A stretch of 63,163 nucleotides of DNA, filler included, from Neolecta irregularis DAH-3 (GCA_001929475.1; 8 parts of 8 records of this genome joined end to end with filler, not necessarily neighbours in it), one strand, 5' to 3'. Counted from the first letter of the whole stretch, positions 36,822 to 48,723 are shown. The notes: generated by a model from the sequence alone, not told the origin. Program-made: numbers and translations.

Positions 36822-38195
36822 TTATATATCATGAATCACAGGCGCTTCATACATCCACTCAAGTGTGGAAAGTTCTCTATAAATAAAATTAACAACATTG
36901 GCCCGAGAAGTGGACAAATGCCCTTTTGACTGAGTTTTGAGTTCCACCCTGTATGGAGTAGGCATGTCCGTCGCGTCTCCCACTGGGGAATACAGTTTGA
37001 ATATCGTAAATTCAAGGCCGCTCGTCTTAATGATGTCAACCAGTCGCTGCATCTGGGAGAACACGGTTTTATAGATCCGGGTAGCTACTCTCCACTTAAC
37101 ATCTTCAAAAATTCCTCTCGCGGAAGCCTCTTGATCCCCTATCTGCGCTGCGCCCAGTGAAATGATACGTTGGACACCATGTTGCTTCATGGCTACTACC
37201 AGTTTCTCGTAGAACGCGACCAATTGTTGGCTTGAGGAACCATCTGTTTTAGCAACAAACATTGTGCTGATTACTGCATCGACATTCTTCAAAGCCTCGT
37301 TTACAACGTCCATTGAATATTTCTCTCCTTGGAACATAGTGATCTGACTTCGCAGATCTTCAACTATCACATCTGGTGAAGTCACAATAATGTTGATTTG
37401 GTAGCCCCTTGCTAATCCTTCTGCACACAGTGCAGAGGAGTACCACCCATATGAGTCGAGTATTAACACTCGTTTGTGAGATGTTGGGCTCTTTAGGAGT
37501 GGTTCTTGATTCTTATCATCGAAGAGGCTTTGCAGTATACTCGGCATACGAGTGCTCAAGCTATGCCTGTTTGCTTTTTTCATATATTCTTCAAGTTGAA
37601 AAGGGCGAATGGTGGCTATCATCATCAGCACTCACTTTACAACTCAAGTGACTACCGTGATTCTTGAGTTGAATTGAACGATCACGTAAACCCGACTCTA
37701 TTATTGAAACTTTTTGGCAATCTTTGCTGATCTCATCCAAGTCTCCGAGAGATCGTATCGTTTGACCATGCTCTTCCTGACAGACATAAAATTTGTGGTT
37801 CTTTTTGCCATCAAAAGTTATTACTTCAAGCTCTCCGTCGCGATCAAATTGAAACTTTGCTGTTACAGGCGCCCCAGTGTGATCAACTTGAAACTCTGCT
37901 GTATCCTGAAACTTTGAGAGAACGAGTTCCCCAGTAGGAGTGATCAATATGAATTCTACAAACGCATTGCAAAGGTAACTTTGATTCCAGAAGAACTCGC
38001 TTGGAAGTGGATTGACGGCTATTGACAAATAATCGAAACTCAAATACTGAGGTTGCGAATGAACGATCGTATCGTAGAGAATTTCCAATTCTAAAGGATG
38101 AGATCAGAGATTAGACATATGTTCTTACTAAATGATTCGATTGCGACAATGAAGGTAAGGATACAAGTCAGCAACGCAGTTTTCATTAGAGCCAT
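36822..38195 (-). CDS. Predicted secreted protein: signal peptide + Cys-containing beta domain + degenerate NAD(P)-binding (flavin reductase/BVR-B-like) domain
   Basis: MKTALLTCILTFIVA signal; introns 38128-38091 and 37655-37616 join three ORF pieces in frame; C-terminal RVLILDSYGWYS...ALKNVDAVIS...MKQHGVQRII...SGLEFTI...SRANV. Confidence 0.65.
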
Positions 38196-38574
38196 GTGGT
38201 TTGAGAGAAATTCCGCGATCTTGAAATATCTTGGAACTGGAGATGACTTCAGTATATACTGCATTTTTGCAGCAATCAAGCTTTTATTACAAATGCAACT
38301 GTCAACTTCATCGTACAATTTCATTTCACTACTCAACCCTCGGCCTGTGGCACAGAATTGATACAAGTTTTGCGGGGGACAATTAAGGCGTCATTTTTTG
38401 TTTCTCTTCGATCTTTGGCTTACCGCCAAGTCATGTTCGTAGCCGAATCTGCATCGATGTCTCACGTTCACGTCCTTGTCATCCGCGTCTACCTCCAAAT
38501 AGATCATGCTCGTGAAGGCAGCAGCAGGCTAAGCTCGCCATAGCCTTTGCGCGAATACCAACACGTAAGGTGGT

Positions 38575-38788
38575 GCTGATGCAACAAAGCGGATATATCG
38601 ATGTCTCGGGATATATTTAATACATCTGATACATTTGATTTCGTTTATTCGGAAATTAAATATGCTCCGATAATATACTCACATAATGTGCTCCGATAAT
38701 AAGCTCCGATAATGTACTCCGATAATAAGCTCCGAAAATGTGCTCCGATAATAAGCTCCGATAATGTGTTCCGATGTTGCAACATATG
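38575..38788. repeat. Small degenerate TIR element with internal GCTCCGATAAT tandem units
   Basis: About 8 CTCCGATAAT-type units at 38663-38775; imperfect inverted ends TGCAACA...CGGA / TCCGATGTTGCA. Confidence 0.6.
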
Positions 38789-38871
38789 TATTGAACCAAT
38801 AACCAGACTTGCTTGCTTCCATATTTCAGCTCTTTGGACTTGCTTGCTTGGACTTACTTGGTATTTTACTT

Positions 38872-39340
38872 CAGTGTTGCGGATGGACCATGGACTTTAT
38901 CCAGTCCATGAAAAATCCACCCACTGGACTAGGGAAAAGCCCGGTCCATCGGGTCGGACTGGATGGACCGTATCACGGATTTACCCCGTTGTGAAAATAG
39001 CTGCTACAGGATCAGCACAACCTCTTTGATTTTCTCTCTCCCACCTCGCCCATGCCTCCTCTCCCGTCCCGCGCGTTCTGTCCCTCCTTGCGCGTCCCAC
39101 CTCGCCCGCCCCTCCTGCCTCGCCCGTCCCGAGCATCCCGCCCTCCTATCCGTCCCGCGCATCCGATCCCGCGCATGCCTCCCACCTTGCCCGTCCCGCG
39201 CGTTCCTCTCACCTCGCCCGTCCCGAGCATCCGTTCCACCTCGCCCATCCCGCTGGTCCCTCCCGCCTCGCCCGTCTCGCCAGTCCCTGTCCAGCCTGTG
39301 CCTCCTCTCCCATCCTGCCTGCATCTCCTGTACTTCCAGT
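38872..39340. repeat. Repeat beginning CAGTGTTG (hAT-like terminus) followed by C-rich CCTCGCCCGTCCCG tandem tract
   Basis: GGAC/GTCC-rich subterminal motifs; C-rich units resemble window positions 1-60. Confidence 0.5.
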
Positions 39341-39351
39341 CTTATGCACCA

Positions 39352-39585
39352 CTAGGTATGTCCCCATTAAAGATTCTCGTATCTTAAGCTAGAAATACAT
39401 CCTAGTCTTATTCATAAAAAAATGTAAGTGTGGTACGAATAAGACTAGGATATATTTCTAGCTTAAGATATGAGAATCTTTAATGGAGACATACCTAGCT
39501 TAAGATATGAGAATCTTAGCTAGATAGTCCTTATCCACTTCCCTTATATACTATACATAGCTCCTTAAAATATTGCAATGTTCCT
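39352..39585. mobile_element. Foldback element (hairpin with ~65-bp arms, 39352-39416 / 39434-39498)
   Basis: Near-perfect palindrome CTAGGTATGTC...GACATACCTAG; the right arm extends to match 36596-36760. Confidence 0.75.
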
Positions 39586-39698
39586 GCAGCTTAATCCTTG
39601 TCCTGCATTTAAGGTATACAAATATCTATACCCCTTTTCTATGTTATGCATGTGAGGTATACCAAACTGTATACCCTTACATTATGCTTGCTGTTATT

Positions 39699-40843
39699 TC
39701 AGAGATTAGATGACTCCACCGGACAGTACATAGGGGCTATAATTCTGGTCCAATCCCCATTGACTTCTTTCCTCCGTCTTACAACCGGCGACACAGCCAC
39801 GTACAGCCCAGTGCCATTAATTCTGGCAATGCCTTTATTTTCCTTCGATGGGCTAGGCAGCATAATCTCAAATTCTCCTATATCTTTTGCCATTTCAACG
39901 CTCAGCTTGTAGGCGTCAATGAATATATCAACCAGTGCGATGACAGCAGAATCATCGAGAGCAATATTGATACTTTGAATGACCAACTTTGTTGTTTTTT
40001 GAAGAGCAAGTAGTTTAGAGTCGGAGATATCGGAGAAAGGGGTTTCGCTGAAGAGGTTGCTTCTCCAGTTCCATGCGCTCCGAACATTATCTCATAAGTC
40101 AATGATATTAGAATAAAAGAAGACAATGTACCAATAAGTTTTGCTTCATACATCATAGCTAATGAATGTAAGCCCTCCCAGACCTCGCTGTGAGCAAAGT
40201 AGTTGAACAACTGGCCAACTAACTTTTCTGAAATGAAGCGACGGATAAGAATGCTTCTGAGGTCAGGGGATTTGTTAATCTCAATCCAAGTTATGGTTGG
40301 AGCGATCTCAGTGCGGGACCAAGCAATAATCTCACTTTCCAAGGGAATGTGGCGATTTTGGAGATCGTCATTGATATATTTGCTCACCCATAGTTTCACA
40401 TCATTCAAAGTTTTTGAAAAGCAGTCAGTGTAATAATTATCGTGATGTAGCTGCACCCGCAAGGCTGGGGAGGATGCCTTTTTGTGTGCATGTGTCCATT
40501 TTGAAGGAAAATGAAAGCGTGCAGAGCCCTGGGTAGTGGTATCGTCGGATATAAGGCTTCGGGGACGAGATCTTCGCAAATCGGCCGTGTCTCGGGATTG
40601 AACGCTGAATCTGGGGTTGAAGGATCTAGTTGGAGCAGAAGCAGGGGCACCGTCGATTGGTATGGATGGCTTGGAGCGATGTGGTGGCGCTCCGAAGATC
40701 TTCAGTTTCTGAGAGGCAGGTAAACGAGGCGTTTGGGCATATGAATAGTCATCAACGGTGGATCTAGATGAAATCGAGGCGGAATTGGAGTTCTTGGTGG
40801 CAGACCGCTTCCTATGAGGTTTGAATCTGTCTAGAAGACCCAT
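39699..40843 (-). CDS. Hypothetical protein (disordered N-terminus, helical C-terminal domain)
   Basis: Long ORF from MGLLDRFKPH, one probable intron near 40130-40091, ends LYVAVSPVVRRR...PMYCPVESSNL. Confidence 0.65.
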
Positions 40844-42379
40844 TGCATCAAACAGGCGTATAGATGAGGCGCAGATGTATATATAACATGGTCTGTTACA
40901 AGCTAGGTCCATGAAACGTGCTCACAAATCTCTCCGGCCTGTTAGTCAGACAGGCCAATTAATCCAGTCAATCTAAGCGAAATAACCGAGAGAGAGATTT
41001 GAAAACGGTATCAAAAGCATAGAATTGAGACCACCTTCGGACTGGTTGCAGGTCAATTTTGGATTTATTTATGTACATATCAAGACTTGATGTAAATGTT
41101 GATTAGGTATCGGATATGCTATTTTCAGTGTGGCCAACCACCTTATTGGAAGAAGATGTCAGCACAAGTGACAGACTTCTGCAACTCATGCTCGCAATGT
41201 GCAAGAGTTAAGGCGGATACTCGTGGGAAGTGGTTAGTGTTCGTCTTGTCAGTTCGCTGACTTGGCCGGCAGACGACATCACGTGTAATCATGCGCCCAT
41301 CTCTTCCCATCCTCAATCGAGAATTTGATGCATTTCACTTCCTTTCTAACTTACTTTCCCGAAACAGCATGCAACGATGCTAAGAAGCATTCCTTCGGTG
41401 AATCACCCCGCGTTGGGATTTCAGCTCGTATTAATCCTGAATATAACAAATAGAATCCTTGCGAAACGATGATGAGATCGAACAGGTTGACGTTGACAGA
41501 AGAAGGAGCGGCTAGTGAGTTTCAAACTTATTGGCTAAGACATGAATAAAGTTTGGAGAGGCCTAGAAGAGTGAAACATGTCGGAAAATCCGTATTTGAA
41601 GTATAAGTTTATCCAACTTCGCCACGGATATTCGAGTTTCAAGAGCGATTGGAATGAAATTCAGGTTTCTTGCACTGTCGTATATGCCGTTAGAGTATTC
41701 TTCAATGAAAATTAAGCCAATATCCAAAAATTTATAATATACTTTGTCTGAGAATATCCTACAGACTTCTCGGATAGTTCCGGGGCAACATTACAAAGAA
41801 TGCTGCAATAGGCTCTGCTACGCGTTTTCTTAAAGGAAGAAGGTACTCGCTATCGTCTTCCATACGTACCATACAGGTCCCTCGAATTTTGATTCTATCG
41901 AATCAAATTGGCGAAATCTCACGATATCATTAGAACCAGTGCTCGTTTCCATAGGATTCTAGTTTGAGAAGTATCATGATTGGTAGGTGCAGGCATACGA
42001 AGCTGCTATCTCCACGCTCACGAACGACACACGCAGTTCAGCAGATCCTTGAATTTTAGTCTCTGTTTGTAGCTTACCCAATTATCTATTAAGAACGCTG
42101 AATAACATTCAAACTTGGTGATTTCGTAACAGTATGGAATTTATTCAGTTGGTGTGAAAGAATAGATTAGCAATATACGGGTGTTATCAGCTCAGAATTC
42201 GTCCCGGCGCTGCTTCGGAATGGAAGTCAGCTGAGAAATGTTCTATTGGGTTCAATATAGCGTTCAGGCTATCTCAGGAAGAGAGTAAACGTTGTGCCTA
42301 TTTGAGGAGATTTAACGCGGCAGCAAAGTCAAGCTCCTTTTCACTCCCTCCTCCACAGGACCTCCACTTAAATTTCAGG

Positions 42380-44485
42380 ATGTCGGATAAATCTATCCCG
42401 TTTACTTTCGTCTGGCATTACTACTTGCTCAAGCCCTTCTTATTGTCTAGGTCCCATACAAAAGCTTCAGAAGTATACGTAACTGGTTCGTTCGACAACT
42501 GGTCAAAGAGCGTAAAACTAGACTATAGAAACGGGAGATTCGAGAAAACCGTTCTTCTGGCTGCTGAAGACATCTTCTTTAAGGCAAGTTGTTTTTTCCA
42601 ATTGGCTGACTTTCAGTTCGTTGTTGATGGCAACTGGATTATTGACCCGACAAAAGAGAAAATGATTGGCTCTGATGGCTACGAGAATAATGTTTTCAGA
42701 AAAGAGTACTTGCTATCTGAAGCCTCTCTCTCCAGCGTAAAGGACTCCAATGTCACTTTCTCTGCCATTACCAACGACCGTCCTGAACCCGAAATCCTTG
42801 CTGTTCCAAAGGATGAAGTGGCTATGAAAGAAGAAGGGAAGAGGATCGATGTTGCTGCTGTATACTGTCGTGTACACTCGATATGCTAAATATTAGAATG
42901 ATAGTCGGCCATCTACTGCTACTTCCTCTAGCTCAAAGAAGAGCAAGAAAAAGAAGAAAAAGAGCAAGGCTATTTTGAACATGGTTCCTGTTGAACAAGA
43001 CGAGGAGGCGGATTCTCATCTGTCAAAAGATACGACTGATGTTTCATATAAGGAGGAATCCAGGCCGACTACTGCTTGCTTGGATGAGACCCCTGTCTCC
43101 TGGCCTGCCACCGCGATAATACCTGAAGTTGTCAGTCTAAGTGAAGCGGCTCTACCAACTGTAGGGGATTTTGCTGAGTTGAATATTGCTTCCTATTATG
43201 CTGCGACTGAAGAGCCTGCTGCCGAAATTGCTTCATTGACCGAAACTGAAAGCCAAGTACCGGTGGCTGATTCTTCTCATATGGCAATCTCCAAATCCAC
43301 ACGAGAAGCTTTCGATTATATCGAACCTTTAGAAAGGGCAACTGCAGAGAAAATTCCTTCTCGACCTATGACCGCTAGGTCAATAGAACATGCACTCGTA
43401 CAGCCCGATGTATTAGAGTCGCCAAAAGATCAGGCTCGCCTCTCGGCGGCCCGGGAGATCATCGAGGACCCTGAGTTTCTTTCACCTACTGTTGATCTAG
43501 AGGAAGGGTCAATCCCAGATTCTGTCAATGAGGAATCTGTCCAGAAGGTTTCTTCTCGCCCTCATACGGCCAAGTCAGCCGGTGAAGTTGTTGGGGAGGG
43601 GAAAGTGATCGAAGAGTCATTCGTTACGAATGCCGCGTCTCATTCTTCGTCTAAACCAGCTCGTAACTTCGTTGACATTGTAAAAGAAGACCCTGTTGCT
43701 ACTGATCTCCTCATTTCGAAACTCGATTCAAATGCCACAGAAGAATCTCCGCAAACCATCGAAGAAATCCAAAAACTGGGGTTTCCATCTGATGAGATCT
43801 CTCGGCCACATACTGCCGAGAAACCAGCGAACCCAATTATTGTCGATCAGGAGTTCTCGCCACCACCCACTGCCGAAGAGAAACTCGCGATTGCTGGGGA
43901 ATTCACTCTTTCAGCAGCTGACAAGTTCACTCCACCACTAGGCCCATTGCTTGTTAATACTGAAAATGCAATTCACGATGAGCTGAGCTCTAACCCCCTT
44001 AAAGAGACTCCTGTTGAACAAATTACCGAACAACCGCAATTAGAGAAGGAAGTCAAAGAATCATTTGAAGTCCCTGATCATACTTCTGAAAGTTGCCCAG
44101 TTGATATTGCTGCTTTCAACAGTGCTCAGCCCGCTACTGATCTAGGAGGGAATCCAGTGGGCGACCCGGTTGACTCATCATCAATCAAAGAGGTACTCAC
44201 TGTTTTTATGTGATATATACTAATTGGCCATAGTCAACCTCCGAAGAACTAGTTCAAGAAACAGGGGCATCGCCAGCTTCGAGGGAGAGCCTGAAAACCT
44301 TTACGAATCAACTCGATAACGCTTTCAGCACTGTTAGGGGCAAAAAGCCAGTTGAAAGCGATCGACCTGGTTCAGCACATAAGGATAGCGTTGTTGGTGA
44401 CACTAGTACAACACGAAAAGATGACGCACACGAAGAGGAGACCTTCTTCAGGAAATTGAGGAGAATAATATGTGATATTCTCTAG
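42380..44485 (+). CDS. AMPK-beta-type CBM48 domain protein, Crp1/Mdg1-like, with long acidic tail
   Basis: FTFVW..ASEVYVTGSFDNWSKSVKL, FK|FVVDGNW, DGYENN; KKSKKKKKKSK patch; C-terminal FFRKLRRI. Confidence 0.8.
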
Positions 44486-44845
44486 ACTTCTGATAGGTTG
44501 TTCTCCAACACAACCCCTTCGTGTTTCTTGTTATGAAGTATGGATAATACTGGTGATGGATCATGATAGTTTTTTCCCTTTTATTGAATGTCTACTGTTC
44601 AGTCGGTATAAATACACTATGCGCTCGTTTTTCCCTAAGCCTCATTTATCTGATGCGACGATCTTTATGTTGTGCAATATGGTCTTTAGGGTCACATTTC
44701 GCGCTTTGCAGACGGTATTGGTATGAATAATGATTCAAAAGCTTGTTTCAAACTCTCACACCAGGATGGTTGTAATAATACTTCTTTAGTGATCTTGTAA
44801 CACCAAAGGATATAAACAAATCTTTACTACTAACAAAAAAAGAGG

Positions 44846-45286
44846 TTAATTATTTCCAAAAACCAGTCTCATTACAGAGGACGGTTGACCTAAGACACCG
44901 AGAATCTTGTCGCTGAGGGATTTCTCCTCAGTCACCATTTTTGGTGGGTGGAAGTCTACAGATGCCATATCTTGAGGATCATTAATTTCAACTTTTGCCT
45001 TAGGCTCTGTGCCTGCCACGATTGCCTGATTAACATGCCCCACATTTCCATTACCAACATGATGAGAGTGATTTGGAGGGATCAATGGCCTTCTTTCGGT
45101 AGTCCTTTCGGCGGCGACAAGTTGTAGATTTGGGATGGGGGCCCCATCTGATTGCGAGGGAATCGAACTTTGAGTGTACTGATGGGTGCTATCAGAAGAA
45201 CCAACTTCATCAGTGCCGTAGGGTAATCCACGAACCGGGGAGGCCGAAACGACGGCAACGAGAAGGAAGACCAAATAAATCATCAT
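44846..45286 (-). CDS. Small secreted protein, unknown function
   Basis: MMIYLVFLLVAVVSA-SPV signal peptide; TATA-like TTTATAAA about 45 bp upstream. Confidence 0.65.
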   Translation of the reverse strand: MMIYLVFLLVAVVSASPVRGLPYGTDEVGSSDSTHQYTQSSIPSQSDGAPIPNLQLVAAERTTERRPLIPPNHSHHVGNGNVGHVNQAIVAGTEPKAKVEINDPQDMASVDFHPPKMVTEEKSLSDKILGVLGQPSSVMRLVFGNN

Positions 45287-45835
45287 TATGCACTTGGCTG
45301 TTTTCACAAACCAGGAGAATGAGACGGTAATTTATAAAGATTGACTGGCCGGATCTGGTTGTGATCCAGACGCGTTAGGCTACCGCCCCAACTTGCTTCC
45401 ATTTCCGGTTGCGGCTTTTGGAAATTGTTGTTGACAATCTTGAAGAGGAAGGAAGATGCGGCCCGTCAAGCCACCTTGCCGTATCGGTAAGATACAGTAT
45501 CACTTTTCGGTGAGTTTGAAGCTGGTAAATATTCTGTAGTTGGTAATGAAGATGGTGTTGGTGAAGATCAACGCTGCTGCTCTTGCCCAACAGTCTGCCA
45601 GAATACTCTCCAGGCAGATGGTTCAGATCTTGGAGGGGCGGGCCGCTTTGGGATCTGCCCGACAGCCCTTGGAGAGGTCCGGCGGGCGGGCGGTTGGAAA
45701 CACTGGTTGTTGACCGGGAAATTCCGTAATCCCCGATCAAGGTGGCTTAGTCATCTCTGCGATTATTATTAAAGCAACAAGATATAAAGGGGTACTACAT
45801 TCACACGAGTTTGTGCCCACGCCCATCTGATTAAT

Positions 45836-46792
45836 ATGCGGCAACCTGTCTATTTCCTTTCTCATGGCGGTCCATCATCAATGCTTGAAATAGAATCAGC
45901 TCCATATCAGTACTGGACAGCAGTCGGAAAGGAGATCAAAAGCTCAAAGCCCGAAGGAATCGTTATTTTTAGTGCACATTGGGATAGTGATCAAGAGGGA
46001 GAGGTGGATGGTACATTAATTTCAGAAAAAGAAAATACCTTTCTAATTGAGAAGTGAGCTTCGACGAAGACAATGAGCTGATATACGATTTCTACGGCTT
46101 CCCAGCTCATTACTATAATGTTAAATTCCGATCAAAGAATCCTTCGATTTTTCACAATATGATTGCTGATACCATTCATCGAAGTGGCTTTAAAACACGT
46201 GGAAAGAAACGCGGCTTAGACCATGGCGCTTGGGTATATTATCTTTCATGTGGTATGCACCGATGCTTTATAGGTTCCTTTGAAAGTCATGTTTGACGGA
46301 GCCACCGATATTCCAATTTGCCAAGTTGCATTACCATCAAGGGAAAACCCTGAGGCCAACATCAAAATTGGTAAAGCAGCATCTTCACTTCGGTAACTTG
46401 TTCGCGTTTCTCCTTCTTACCATTCAGTGAAGAGAATGTGCTGATCATTTGTTCTGGGATGGCCATTCACAACCTTCAAGTGGCAATGTCAGATACTCCC
46501 TTCGAAGTTGATATTTCTCCTTTCAAGGCCTTTGATAACGCGCTTTATGAAGCCATCACCTCTCCTCAATCAGCTAGAGAAACCAAGATGAAGAAACTGA
46601 TGAAACATTCTGAATTCCGGAAATCTCATCCTACTGGTGAGCATTTAATGCCGATATATGTTGCACTGGGTGCCGCCGGTTCTGATAATGCCAAACTCGT
46701 TTTTAATCAAATTCAGCCTGGCCTGGGTATCTCCTTATCATAAACCTTGTTATTGACTGATAGGTTGGGCAATGTATTATTTCAAACCCTAG
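45836..46792 (+). CDS. LigB-family extradiol ring-cleavage dioxygenase (YgiD/DODA-like)
   Basis: FLSHGGP, FSAHW, IYDFYGFP, RGLDHGAWVPL, SGMAIHNL, SHPTGEHLMP; 4 short introns. Confidence 0.92.
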
Positions 46793-46953
46793 GGGTTCAA
46801 ATGTATTTCCTCAGCCATAAGTAGAGATCTGATGCTGTAGTTTCGATAAGTATTCAGAGTTTCTTCTAGACTGCCAAATTTAGCGAATAATTCTGTTATT
46901 ACGAAATTCGATATTTTGATCATATGCACATCTTGGTAGTATATTTAAATTAG

Positions 46954-47258
46954 GGGTGCGTTTGGTTCGCGCTAAATTCCATAAAATGTGTGTGTGGCTT
47001 TTAACAAATTGGAATTTCAGGCGCGCATTTGGTGCGCGCCACATTTCTATGTCCAAATCTCACTGCTCGGACTGATTGAAGTGGAGGACGATGTTTCAAG
47101 CTAGGCCACATCTCCATGACCGAAAGGACTTCCTTTGAAAGTAGTCAATGATCTATGACCCCTCTAGTCCTGGTACTTTGTGGAGCGCACCAAACGCGCC
47201 TGAAATTCCAATTTGTTAAAAGCCACATTTTATGAAATTTAGTGAACCAAACGCACCC
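46954..47258. mobile_element. MITE (PIF/Harbinger Tourist-like), copy 2
   Basis: GGGTGCGTTTGG...CCAAACGCACCC TIRs with perfect 3-bp TAG target-site duplication (46951-46953, 47259-47261). Confidence 0.9.
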
Positions 47259-47974
47259 TAGACATTATAGTACCAGAATTCATGGAGCATGTACCATTCT
47301 TCCCACTCCCAAAATTCTCAGAAATAATAACATGAAACACTCATATCCACTCTGGAAATTTCAGCATAGTGTACCCAAAAAATCGAATCTCATGAGATTG
47401 ATCGCACAATATTCAAGTTGAGATGCGTTGTTTCAAACAATGACTTGAGAAATCATTCCAAGGCATGTCTAAACCCATGACTCACCGTTAGATAACCATA
47501 TCTCCTTTATACAAGGTTTCGGGTTTCGCTCTACGGTGTTCATTTTGAGTCTGCAACGATAGTCATCTCCTTTCGTCGTCGAACCTCAGTACCTCAGAAA
47601 AGACTACATTTTCACGAATTTTCACGAACTTCAGAACAAACAAAGTTGATTTTGGTTTTTTTATCTAGATTTCTGGCCAAAGAGTTTGCCTTTCGATATC
47701 TCCTCAGTGACATCCTTACAAATGCAGCTGGAGACACGGAATAGTGGCACGTTTCACCTCAGAAGTGTCTTGGATGGTTGTGTATATGTCGTAAAGAAAT
47801 ACTAAACCGAGGATTTTCGCCTAACACGTCACTATCGGGACTCCTCATTCAAGCTCCCTCCTCCCCTCTTCCTCNNNNNNNNNNNNNNNNNNNNNNNNNN
47901 NNNNNNNNNNNNNNNNNNTTAATTAATTAANNNNNNNNNNNNNNNNNNNNNNNNNNNNNNNNNNNNNNNNNNNN

Positions 47975-48545
47975 CCCTTGCAACTATATACGACCTTAAG
48001 GCTCAGCGGAGTATAGACCAGACCGGTCAAGTACTCACAGTTTGCCATGTAGGACAATGTTGCAGACCCCTAGAACATCTTTTATTGTGTTTTGGGAAAG
48101 ACCACATGAAATCTCTTTGAAATTCTTGAGATTTGTTGCCACACAAGTATGAGTGAGACCTTTGGAAACATCATGTTGGATATGTTGAAATTGGGGTGAC
48201 CCAGGTGGATTGTCAGGTTTATATAGCCAAGAATCAGTTATTGAACAGCAGAAATCAATTATCCAGGAGCTCCAGGACAAGAAGGTACAACAAAGGGTTC
48301 CAATTTACCCAAATAGCCAATTTGCCAATATTGAAAATAGTCAACAGGCAATTGATGAAGTGACTCAACAAAGGGCAAAATTCATAGCTAGAGCACAGCT
48401 AAAAAAAATAGCACAGGCATTAGAAAGAGCTAGTGTTGATAACTGCATGTTTTGAATGGCAGCTAAACTTTGAATAGAACATTGGGTAGACAAATATGTG
48501 TGTCACGAAATATTTTTGGGGTGGCAGGTTTCGGGGGTGTCGGCT
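47975..48545 (+). mobile_element. 3' remnant of a pogo/Fot1-like DNA transposon
   Basis: RVPIYPNSQFANIE and frameshifted ACFEWQL resemble fungal pogo transposase C-termini; G-rich TIR-like end followed by TA; CpG-poor. Confidence 0.5.
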
Positions 48546-48723
48546 AGATCGCCGCTGAGCACCCTAAGTAAGATAAGAAGAGTGGTTAAAATATCTTATA
48601 CCAGTCTCACACAAAGGTTATTTTCTAGAAATCTACGAGCTACCTTACTGGGAAAGTCTTTGACGTTGACTGCTATTTGCAACCTCAATTTCAGCCTCTA
48701 TACGACAAAATAGAAAACTGGTC

